Of a stretch of 64,000 nucleotides of DNA, positions 55,173 to 63,270 are shown piece by piece. The stretch comes from a virus (Duplodnaviria > Caudoviricetes), in IMG/VR virus record IMGVR_UViG_3300014205_000170, positions 32,001 through 96,000 of that record, one strand, 5' to 3'. The notes beneath the pieces are model-generated. The model was not told the DNA's origin. It was given only the letters and a program-made list of their open reading frames with translations, and made no database searches. Position numbers and translations under genes: made by a program. Each line of letters begins with the position of its first letter. Position 1 is the first letter of the stretch.

Positions 55173-55639
55173 AAAAATTAAAGTCCGGTCACGAAATAGA
55201 AAAGAAGATTCTTTTAAAGAAGCTTCCCAAAATCACATTTGATGAAATTCAGAACATAACTCAATACTATACCCCTAAAGGTCGCTTTAGAAGCGTTCAT
55301 ACTGTAAAGGGTATCAAGTTCATCAAAACAATTAAAAAACACATTACAATTGGTGTAAACGATGAACAAGAATGGGAGTTGACACAAGCTGAGTTTAACA
55401 AAGCAATTAAAACTGCTACTAGGAAAATCATCAAAACCAGGTTTATCAAAAAAACCAAAACAGTAAAGTGGGAAATTGATGTATTTGCTTTCATAAAATT
55501 GATAATCGCAGAAGTGGAAGTGAAAAATCAAAAACAACTTTCAAGCATTAAGCTTCCAAAATTCATAAAAAATGAAATGATTTTGGATGTAACCGGTATT
55601 AAAGCTTTAAACAACTTTAGTTTAGCAGAAGAATTATAA
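55169..55639 (+). CDS. CYTH domain (triphosphate tunnel) protein
   Basis: HEIEKK (ExExK), ITQYY, IIKTR, WEIDVF, IAEVE, DVTG. Confidence 0.85.
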   Translation: MKKLKSGHEIEKKILLKKLPKITFDEIQNITQYYTPKGRFRSVHTVKGIKFIKTIKKHITIGVNDEQEWELTQAEFNKAIKTATRKIIKTRFIKKTKTVKWEIDVFAFIKLIIAEVEVKNQKQLSSIKLPKFIKNEMILDVTGIKALNNFSLAEEL

Positions 55640-55650
55640 TTTATTACAAC

Positions 55651-56088
55651 ATGGCTAAAAAAGAAACAAGTGTTTCACAGAAAACGGTTATGACAGAAAA
55701 AATTTCTGAAAGACCTTTATTGAAATTACATGTTCCCGGAGAAAGTTTTTGGGCATATAAAATTTCTGAAAATACTGCTGAAATTGGAAATATACTTATG
55801 AATCCAGATTATTGTTTGGGTGACATTGTATCATTTAATCCAAACAACAATGAAGTTATAAAATTAATAGAGAAAAAAACCACCACTTTAGCTATGAGCT
55901 ATTCTAAAGATGGTGATGTTAAAGAAAAATATAGTAAAATTTATACTTATTTTGAAGATAAAAACATTAAAGTAGAAGGTATGTTTGCTGGAGTTTTCTT
56001 ATTGGCTATTCCTATTAATATTCCAGAAAAAGCCATTGAACAAATTATAGCAGAGTGTCCTGAAAAAATAGATTTTATTGTTGATTAA
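55651..56088 (+). CDS. EK-tag protein
   Basis: KTVMTEK; GESFWA..IGNI. Confidence 0.8.
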   Translation: MAKKETSVSQKTVMTEKISERPLLKLHVPGESFWAYKISENTAEIGNILMNPDYCLGDIVSFNPNNNEVIKLIEKKTTTLAMSYSKDGDVKEKYSKIYTYFEDKNIKVEGMFAGVFLLAIPINIPEKAIEQIIAECPEKIDFIVD

Positions 56089-56092
56089 AAAA

Positions 56093-56574
56093 TTCGTTCT
56101 TTGAATTGGTACTTAAAGTTAATTCAAAATTTTTATGTGGTTAAACCTACGGGGATTTGCCATGACGAGCCGGTTTAAAACCAATGAACCGTTTAACTTA
56201 TGAGCATCTTATATAGATAAGTGCTGCATAAAGAAATTGAATTAGCCTGAACCTTCATTTGCATTATTTATGAAGTAAAGAGCTGCCTTAAAAACAGGTC
56301 AAGAATAATGTAAGTTTTACTATTAACATCTTTATAGTATTACGGCTGCTGTACGTCTTCAGCAAAGCTTAGTAAGCAATTTTACAGGCATGACAGACAA
56401 AGAAAGATGTGAGTGATATTCAATAAATAATACTTATTGAAGAAACAAGAAGTTTCAGAAGGGATGATTGCTATGCCTTAATTCTTCTTAGGGATATTTC
56501 TGAAAATTATAAAATCCTCTTTAACTAAAAAAGAGTACCAAACCAGTGGAGGCTGGAACGAAGAGTTGGTACTT
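56093..56574 (+). ncRNA. candidate large structured ncRNA (~480 nt)
   Basis: ORF-free 515-bp gap with about ten hairpins and 5'/3' long-range pairing; strand assumed from context and G-U pairs. Confidence 0.7.
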
Positions 56575-56603
56575 ATTTTGAAAAAGAAGAATATACGATA
56601 ATA

Positions 56604-56927
56604 ATGAAAAAAACATATACCACAAAACAAGCATTGACTCTTTTCAAAAAAAATCTCAAAAAAAAGAGGCCAGTTATAAATGCTTATTTGAAAAAATATT
56701 TACAAAAAATCATTAATAAAGAACTAGGGAAGGAATACAGAATTGAGGCTATGAAAATACTGTTAAAAGCAAAAAGAGAAGAAGTGGCTGAATTTCTCAT
56801 ATCTTATCATTCTGATGGAGTAAATGCTGGTATTTGCTGTCTTGCTTTGGATTTTATAAAAGACCGTCTTGTAAAAGACAAAGAGGTCGGAGAAAATTTT
56901 TGTAAAAAATTCGGTAATAAATTTTAA
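56604..56927 (+). CDS. hypothetical protein
   Basis: ORF. Confidence 0.75.
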   Translation: MKKTYTTKQALTLFKKNLKKKRPVINAYLKKYLQKIINKELGKEYRIEAMKILLKAKREEVAEFLISYHSDGVNAGICCLALDFIKDRLVKDKEVGENFCKKFGNKF

Positions 56928-56928
56928 C

Positions 56929-57503
56929 ATGGCAAATCACGCAAGAATTTGTTCAAAGAAAAAGATTGACCCCAAAGAGGTTACAAAAATCATTAAAGGT
57001 CTTAATGAAGATATATTAGCTGGAGTTTTTACTATTGAATATCAACACAAACAAGAAAACGGATGGGGGAACATCAATGGTATGTACGTTATAAACAAAA
57101 CGAGAGGATTGCCTTAATGTTTTGGTTGACAGATGATGTTCGATATGGAACAGGTGATGAATATGGTTCTCAAAAGGAATATAAAGAATATAAAAAACCC
57201 AAGACTCTATCCAAACAAAGTTGCATTGAATTTCGACATGGTCATGCTTTTCAATTCATGTGGTGGGTAGAAGGGGTATTTAGAGAAAATCTGGGTAAAC
57301 ATTATAATGCTCAAATGTGGGATGATGGTACAGGTTGGTTAGAAAAAGCCAAACCTGAGCTTTATAAAACATTAGAAAGTTATGTTACCGGCATTGGTTG
57401 TAAAACTAAAGAACAAATTAAAGCTTGGAAAAAACTTCATTTTGATTGGCAGAAAGATGAAATTCCAAAAGAATTAATTAAAAAATTAAAATTAGATTTT
57501 TAA
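56929..57503 (+). pseudogene. hypothetical gene split by frameshift in G5 run
   Basis: ORFs 56929-57117 and 57063-57503 fuse if one G is added at 57065-57069. Confidence 0.55.
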
Positions 57504-57505
57504 AT

Positions 57506-57682
57506 ATGAACGACAATAAAGCATTTGCAATAATAGTAACAACAGGAATAGTGTGTGGAGCAATATTCCTTTCTATTGTGTCAATAACATCTAAAGATGT
57601 TGATATAAGCAAAGAAAAAACAGAACAATTAAAATATCAATTCAAAATTGATTCCTTAGCAAAAGTTTCTTCTGCAAAATAA
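57506..57682 (+). CDS. small membrane protein (58 aa, not in ORF track)
   Basis: MNDNKAFAIIVTTGIVCGAIFLSIVSI...; ATG 57506 to TAA 57682. Confidence 0.6.
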   Translation: MNDNKAFAIIVTTGIVCGAIFLSIVSITSKDVDISKEKTEQLKYQFKIDSLAKVSSAK

Positions 57683-57710
57683 AGAACATATTCAACTTCG
57701 AAAGGTTTTA

Positions 57711-58037
57711 TTGGAGTTTAATAAAAACCTTAATATACAAACATATCGAACTTGGTTAAAAAACTACACAGGCGAAAAACTCCATAGTTTTAGTTACATC
57801 TCTCCTCTTGGCTATTTAACTAAACTTCCAACTTTAAAATATAATGGTTTTAAAATTATTTATGATAGAGTCTGGGGTGAAGTTCTAAAATGGAAAAATC
57901 AAGATATTATTATATACACAATGTCTAAACATCATATTGATAAAAAATCAGAGGTTGTATATATCATTGAAAATGAATATAGTAACAATGGAAAGTTGAA
58001 TGGTAAACGTATTCAACTTTTTCACAAAAAAAAGTAA
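57711..58037 (+). CDS. hypothetical protein
   Basis: TTG-start ORF. Confidence 0.65.
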   Translation: MEFNKNLNIQTYRTWLKNYTGEKLHSFSYISPLGYLTKLPTLKYNGFKIIYDRVWGEVLKWKNQDIIIYTMSKHHIDKKSEVVYIIENEYSNNGKLNGKRIQLFHKKK

Positions 58038-58063
58038 CAAATTGACCTTCTTTTCGTTGAAAT
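58034..58063 (+). promoter_or_regulatory. ECF-type promoter, class II
   Basis: GTAAC 58034-58038, N16, CGTTGAAAT from 58055. Confidence 0.7.
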
Positions 58064-58067
58064 CTAG

Positions 58068-58820
58068 ATGCCTCCCATGGACACAATATTGGAACAAGCC
58101 ATAAAATCACATAAAACTTTATCCCTAGATACAGATAAACGCTATGTGTTTGAAGATTTTATACATTCATATAGTATGAAATGTGCATTTGATATTTTCA
58201 GTTGCAATGAAAAAAAATTAGCAAAACACTTACCAGATATTTTACATCATATAAGCGAAGCTGTTACATATACTAAACCTCGTATTGTTTTTCATGAAAG
58301 AACAATGACATTAGAAAAAATGATTGACAAAATAATACAGCGTATAGAAGAAAGATTTGAAGTAGAAGATTTATTAATAAACAAAGTTAAAGAAATTCAA
58401 AAAAATAATACAAATTCTATTATTAATTTTAATCAGCTTTTATTAAGACAACTAAGAAGTTTTGTTCATGGCTTTCATACGTGTGGTAGATTTTATAAAT
58501 TCAAAATAACTTCTCATCACAATAATGCTACCACTTTATATTATGTGTCTACTTTAGATTCTTTTAGTAATAAAAAATCTAAAAAAATTTTTGATGACCG
58601 TTTTAACATAACAATATCAAAAGAAGTTCGAAGTGCATATTGGGAATTAAATAAAAAAACTAAAGATTTTTTTTCTTTTAAAGAAGGTGATAAAACAATT
58701 TTACAAAAAAAAGAATTAGAACAATTTTTAAAATTATTATTTCAAGGTTTATTGCAACCAGCAATCGATTATAATGATAGTAATAGTAAATTTGGAAAAA
58801 GTAGAATAAACGCATTTTAA
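58068..58820 (+). CDS. hypothetical protein
   Basis: 250-aa ORF. Confidence 0.8.
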   Translation: MPPMDTILEQAIKSHKTLSLDTDKRYVFEDFIHSYSMKCAFDIFSCNEKKLAKHLPDILHHISEAVTYTKPRIVFHERTMTLEKMIDKIIQRIEERFEVEDLLINKVKEIQKNNTNSIINFNQLLLRQLRSFVHGFHTCGRFYKFKITSHHNNATTLYYVSTLDSFSNKKSKKIFDDRFNITISKEVRSAYWELNKKTKDFFSFKEGDKTILQKKELEQFLKLLFQGLLQPAIDYNDSNSKFGKSRINAF

Positions 58821-58832
58821 AAAATAAAAATC

Positions 58833-59204
58833 ATGAAAACAATTACATTAACACTCTTGACATTAGTTTTATTAACTTCATGTGGAGAACCCTCTAAAAT
58901 TTCAGAAATCCCAGTTATTGAACAGGTTGAATTGTTAGATTCTCCAAATACATACGCTAAAAGATATGCTGTGAAACTCAAAACATCAACAGCTGAAAAA
59001 CAAACTTTCATGTACACAAACTTTAAATATGAAGTTGGTGATACTTTAGTGAGTTTCAATACTTATGTTAGATACAAAACCAAACCGGCAGATAGCCTGA
59101 AAATTTATCAAGACAGATATAGAGAACTTAAACAAGAAAATGATGCTTTAAAAAATTACGTTAAATTTTTAGAGAAAAAAATAATTAAAAGTTATACTGA
59201 ATAA
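58833..59204 (+). CDS. putative lipoprotein
   Basis: MKTITLTLLTLVLLTSC signal peptide with lipobox. Confidence 0.8.
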   Translation: MKTITLTLLTLVLLTSCGEPSKISEIPVIEQVELLDSPNTYAKRYAVKLKTSTAEKQTFMYTNFKYEVGDTLVSFNTYVRYKTKPADSLKIYQDRYRELKQENDALKNYVKFLEKKIIKSYTE

Positions 59205-59650
59205 TGATAACTTTCAAATCGAAACGAGAACTGTTCTCATTTGTTGTTGGAGATAAAGAAAGAGTGCCTGATTTTTATGTAAAACATAAATATAAAGGTT
59301 ATGGCATTTATGATTCTGAGTGCATAATAAAAATTTGGACAAAGCAAAAATACACAGTTGTTCTACTGATTGATATTGGTGTAGGCACTTCTGTTATAAA
59401 CAGTGCTGAGCAATTAATAAGTGATTTATGGAAAATGTGTTTAGGACATGTGGGTATAAAAAGAGAAGATTGTTTATTTTTAGAAACATCTCTTGAGCGA
59501 GGAGAATATGAAGCTGATGAAATTGAGCCTGTGTGGTCAAAATTCAGTGTCTTGCATGGTCCGGTAGAATATAAACGAAGTGAATTGTCAGAAACAACAA
59601 TATATGAATGTAAAAAAGTTAATTTTAAACCATTTGGAAAATTACCTTAA
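59204..59650 (+). CDS. hypothetical protein
   Basis: GTSVINSAE pattern. Confidence 0.75.
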   Translation: MITFKSKRELFSFVVGDKERVPDFYVKHKYKGYGIYDSECIIKIWTKQKYTVVLLIDIGVGTSVINSAEQLISDLWKMCLGHVGIKREDCLFLETSLERGEYEADEIEPVWSKFSVLHGPVEYKRSELSETTIYECKKVNFKPFGKLP

Positions 59651-59938
59651 GTGATGAAGAAAAAAAATGAAACTTTTCAACAAGGCTTAAAGCGAATTTT
59701 ATCCAAAAAAGTTTACGAACTTGCCTTAAAAAACACTCATCACAAAAGACGTAAAAGAATACATAATTTTATAAGAAATCATGATATTCTTACTGGGGCT
59801 TTTTATTGGGGCAACACAAAACAAGGATTAGATTTTTGGCATACTGAGTGGTTGAAAATAGAATACAAACAACGTACTGGTAAAACATTATTTATTTTAA
59901 AAACATGGAAGAAAATTTATACAACAAAAACGGTCTAA
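59651..59938 (+). CDS. hypothetical protein
   Basis: AFYWGNTKQGLDFW pattern. Confidence 0.75.
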   Translation: MMKKKNETFQQGLKRILSKKVYELALKNTHHKRRKRIHNFIRNHDILTGAFYWGNTKQGLDFWHTEWLKIEYKQRTGKTLFILKTWKKIYTTKTV

Positions 59939-60585
59939 TGTTTTGGACCCAGGAAGAAATTAAATTAAGAAGAATGTTTGAAGACTATTTTTCTACCGAA
60001 ATACTTTCTTCTTTGCGTAAACAAAATGCGGCATTTCAACTCATTCAAGTAGAAGCTCCATTGTTAACGCCACAAGAATTAATAAACAAAAACTATACAC
60101 AGGACGATATATGGTCCTTTGGAGAACTTTGCTTAAGACCAGAGACTACTATGGGTTCCTTTATTTATGCAAAACATATTTTATCAGGTCATAATGAAAT
60201 AAAACAAAAACCTCCAATTGTTGTTTTTCAACATGGAAAGTCGTTTCGTCAAGAACAAGACCAACCTACAAAATTTATGCGTCTTAAAGAATTTTATCAA
60301 TTGGAATTTCAAATTATTTTTGGAGAAAATACTGCTAATGATTACTCTCTTAAATTGTATCCAGATGTTCTTAAAGCAATTTCTAATATGATTGGAGAAT
60401 GTAGAATGGAAGCCAGTGATAGGTTGCCGGATTATTCTGAAGAAACCATGGATGTTGTGTGGGTGAAATCAAATATGGAAGTTTGTTCTATGAGTAAACG
60501 TAAAGATTTACTAGGATATAAAGTAATTGAGATTGCAATAGGTACTGATAGATGTCTTTACTGTTTTAATAGTAAAAATTGCTAA
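59905..60585 (+). CDS. class II aminoacyl-tRNA synthetase catalytic core (GlyRS-like), no anticodon-binding domain
   Basis: LRPETT, motif 2 GKSFRQE..MRLKEFYQLE, motif 3 IEIAIGTDR; only 226 aa. Confidence 0.8.
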   Translation: MEENLYNKNGLMFWTQEEIKLRRMFEDYFSTEILSSLRKQNAAFQLIQVEAPLLTPQELINKNYTQDDIWSFGELCLRPETTMGSFIYAKHILSGHNEIKQKPPIVVFQHGKSFRQEQDQPTKFMRLKEFYQLEFQIIFGENTANDYSLKLYPDVLKAISNMIGECRMEASDRLPDYSEETMDVVWVKSNMEVCSMSKRKDLLGYKVIEIAIGTDRCLYCFNSKNC

Positions 60586-60639
60586 AGGAGCAAAAGGGTA
60601 CTTAGAACTTTTCTTGTTTATTTATATTAAAATAGATAA

Positions 60640-61368
60640 ATGGCAAGAAAAGAAAAGAAGTATCATTTCATTTACAAAACAACAAATTTACTTAATGATA
60701 AGTATTATATTGAAATGCATTCAACTAATGATTTGAATGATAGATATTTAGGCTCTGGTAAATATTTAAAACGTTCCATAAAAAGATATGGAAAAAATAA
60801 TTTTAAATTTGAAAAACTTAAATTTTTTTCTAGCAGAAAAGAATTAATAGAAGGTGAAAAAGAATATGTGAATGATATAGTTTTACAAGACCAATTGTGT
60901 ATGAATTTACGTGAAGGCGGAGGAGGTACAGTTGTAGACTTCAAACATTCAGAAGAAACAAAAAGAAGAAGGTCCATCGAGAGTTCAAAAACATATGAGG
61001 AAAGAGTTGGAGATAAAAGAGCAAAGATTTGGAGTAATAGGATTTCTAAATCTCTAATTAAATATAATAAAGAAATTGGTATTTCTGATGAAACCAGGAA
61101 AAAACTTTCAAATTCTCATAAAGGACAAATTCCTTGGAATAAAAATCAAAAAACTGGTTTTATTCCTTGGAATAAAGGAGTGGTTGGTTCAATGATAGGA
61201 AAAGGAAGTGGTGTGCAAAAAGGAAATGTACCTTGGAATAAAGGGAAAATTAATGACAAGATTTTGATTTATAATAACTTTGAAAAAAAGACTAAACAAA
61301 TAAAACCGGATGAATTACAAAAATGGATAAATCTTGGTTGGATAAAAGGAAGAAAAATAAAATGGTGA
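60640..61368 (+). CDS. GIY-YIG homing endonuclease with NUMOD3-like repeats
   Basis: FIYKTTN..KYYIEMH..YLGSG; HSEETK, SDETRKKLS, PWNK x3. Confidence 0.85.
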   Translation: MARKEKKYHFIYKTTNLLNDKYYIEMHSTNDLNDRYLGSGKYLKRSIKRYGKNNFKFEKLKFFSSRKELIEGEKEYVNDIVLQDQLCMNLREGGGGTVVDFKHSEETKRRRSIESSKTYEERVGDKRAKIWSNRISKSLIKYNKEIGISDETRKKLSNSHKGQIPWNKNQKTGFIPWNKGVVGSMIGKGSGVQKGNVPWNKGKINDKILIYNNFEKKTKQIKPDELQKWINLGWIKGRKIKW

Positions 61369-61709
61369 AAAAAACAACTACTGATATAACAAAAATTGTA
61401 AAAAACAAAAGTTTAATTTTACCTTCACAAGTAAAAATAGTTCTTGATTATTTAAAAGAGCATAAAATCAACGAATTAGATATGAAAAAGGTCGAAAATT
61501 TTTCTTCTGGATTCGCTGTTTGTTTGATTCATGAATATAATAAATCTGTAAAATTTCGAAGATTTGAAAAGTTGTTATTTTTCAATGTAAAAAATCCTAT
61601 TTGGGTATATAAAATACAAGAAGCTCAATTTAATTTTTTTGATAAAGAAACAGCAAAAAAATACATTAAGATTCACGATAAAATTTTGAATAACATAATT
61701 AATTCTTAA
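61362..61709 (+). CDS. hypothetical protein
   Basis: ORF. Confidence 0.7.
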   Translation: MVKKTTTDITKIVKNKSLILPSQVKIVLDYLKEHKINELDMKKVENFSSGFAVCLIHEYNKSVKFRRFEKLLFFNVKNPIWVYKIQEAQFNFFDKETAKKYIKIHDKILNNIINS

Positions 61710-61710
61710 G

Positions 61711-61980
61711 GTGAAATCAGAAGCCATTAAATTAAGTGATGACCAAGTACGAGTTCAGATAGCAAAATGTCCAGCTTGTAAAAAAATAGTTTTAATGGCT
61801 ATTGCTCATCTTATGGAGAGAAAAGATGAAATGGATTTTGTAAAATTAATGAGAAAAGAATGTAAAATTAGTCGGATTAGTCTTGAGGAAGCTAGAAATT
61901 TAGAGAGATGTTTTCTTGATTGTGATAGACCTTTGGTGGTACCTCGACAATTATTAATAGAAAAAACAATAAACACATGA
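61711..61980 (+). CDS. EK-tag protein
   Basis: C-terminal PRQLLIEK. Confidence 0.75.
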   Translation: MKSEAIKLSDDQVRVQIAKCPACKKIVLMAIAHLMERKDEMDFVKLMRKECKISRISLEEARNLERCFLDCDRPLVVPRQLLIEKTINT

Positions 61981-62735
61981 GAGCATTTTTAGAAACAGTT
62001 GAAGGTGATTATCTAGATGATTTTGTGTTTATTGCAAAATACGCTTTACAAAACTTAGGTGTTGAAATTATTGATTTTGACGGAAACAAACTTAAAGAGT
62101 TTAAAGATAAATATGTATTCAATCTCAAAAATGATATTATTATAGGTTCAGTAGAAGCCTCATGTGTTTTTTTTAAAGCTTGTAAAATAGAAGAACCAAA
62201 ATATTTAGGTTATCCCGAAGAATTAAAATCATTTTTAAATAGAGAAATTTTAGAAACTACATTTGGAGAAATTAATTATCCATACCCATACTTCATTAAG
62301 CCTCGTACACACGTAAAGTTATTTACCGGCTCTCTCATTAAAACCGAGAAGAGTTATAATTTTATGAGAGATTTCTACAAAGAGGTTCAGAGTGATACTG
62401 CTTTATTTTTAAGCTCTCCTATTGACTTTATTACGGAATATCGTTGTTTTGTACATAAAGGAGTTTTAAAGGGCATACAATGGTATTGTGGAGACTTTAC
62501 GGTGTTTCCTAACATTCAAAAGATAAACGATATGATTGAAGCCTATAAGTCTGCGCCTATTTCATATACCTTAGACGTAGGTGTTCATTTAAGTGAAAAC
62601 GGAGCAGCAGAAACTAGTTTGGTAGAAGTAAATGATATGTGGGCTATTGGCAGTTATGGATTTAACGGAGAAGATTATGTTCGCATGACCATTGACAGAT
62701 TCCAAGAAATATATAAAAAAACATTATTTAAATAA
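61977..62735 (+). CDS. ATP-grasp domain protein (DUF4343/R2K-like)
   Basis: YPEEL..FL.R, FIKP..KLFTG, EYRCFV, YTLDVG, LVEVND. Confidence 0.82.
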   Translation: MRAFLETVEGDYLDDFVFIAKYALQNLGVEIIDFDGNKLKEFKDKYVFNLKNDIIIGSVEASCVFFKACKIEEPKYLGYPEELKSFLNREILETTFGEINYPYPYFIKPRTHVKLFTGSLIKTEKSYNFMRDFYKEVQSDTALFLSSPIDFITEYRCFVHKGVLKGIQWYCGDFTVFPNIQKINDMIEAYKSAPISYTLDVGVHLSENGAAETSLVEVNDMWAIGSYGFNGEDYVRMTIDRFQEIYKKTLFK

Positions 62736-63238
62736 TGGAAAATTTGAATATTATACAAGCAAAGTTTTATTTAGATAATAAAAATGGTGAACTTAATGCT
62801 CATGTAGATATTTGGTTTGACAAAGCTCGTTTCAATAAAAGAATTGTTCGTCTTGAAAAAACTCAAAAAATTCATCCGATTGCTTTTGAAGTTATTAAAG
62901 ATGATATTATGACATTTATGCAGTATTTTATATATACTGAAAAAGATTTAGATAGAAGTCGACAAAAAAAAGAAGGAAATTTCAGTGATTATTTTACAAC
63001 TGGGCCAATTGCATTTTTTGGTGGTCTTTTAAATCAACAAAGAGATGTTTATTTGCCTCCAAATTTACTTTATTTTAAACAAAAATATATTTCTAATAGT
63101 TACCCTCCAAACGAGGTTCAAAATTTTATAGCATTAAAATTACCAGACTACATAGAATATGATTTAGAAAACTATCAAGCACAAAAGGCTAGAGAAGAGA
63201 AAAATCATAAAACATGGTTTGATATTCCAGGCTGCTAA
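62735..63238 (+). CDS. hypothetical protein with tag variant
   Basis: KRIVRLEK. Confidence 0.75.
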   Translation: MENLNIIQAKFYLDNKNGELNAHVDIWFDKARFNKRIVRLEKTQKIHPIAFEVIKDDIMTFMQYFIYTEKDLDRSRQKKEGNFSDYFTTGPIAFFGGLLNQQRDVYLPPNLLYFKQKYISNSYPPNEVQNFIALKLPDYIEYDLENYQAQKAREEKNHKTWFDIPGC

Positions 63239-63270
63239 GTCAGGAATTTTTTATATCTTTACATGGTTAA

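Noticed and set aside
56089-56603. tmRNA, RNase P RNA or group I/II intron identity for the large gap
   Set aside because: No tRNA-like ends, no GAGGAAAGTCC core, and flanking ORFs are complete with no splice-junction hallmarks visible.
2027-60977. Many short antisense or nested ORFs in the track (e.g. 2027-2221, 3746-4213, 8963-9277, 27450-27782, 40572-40757, 55214-55537)
   Set aside because: They overlap longer, better-supported genes and have shadow-ORF composition.
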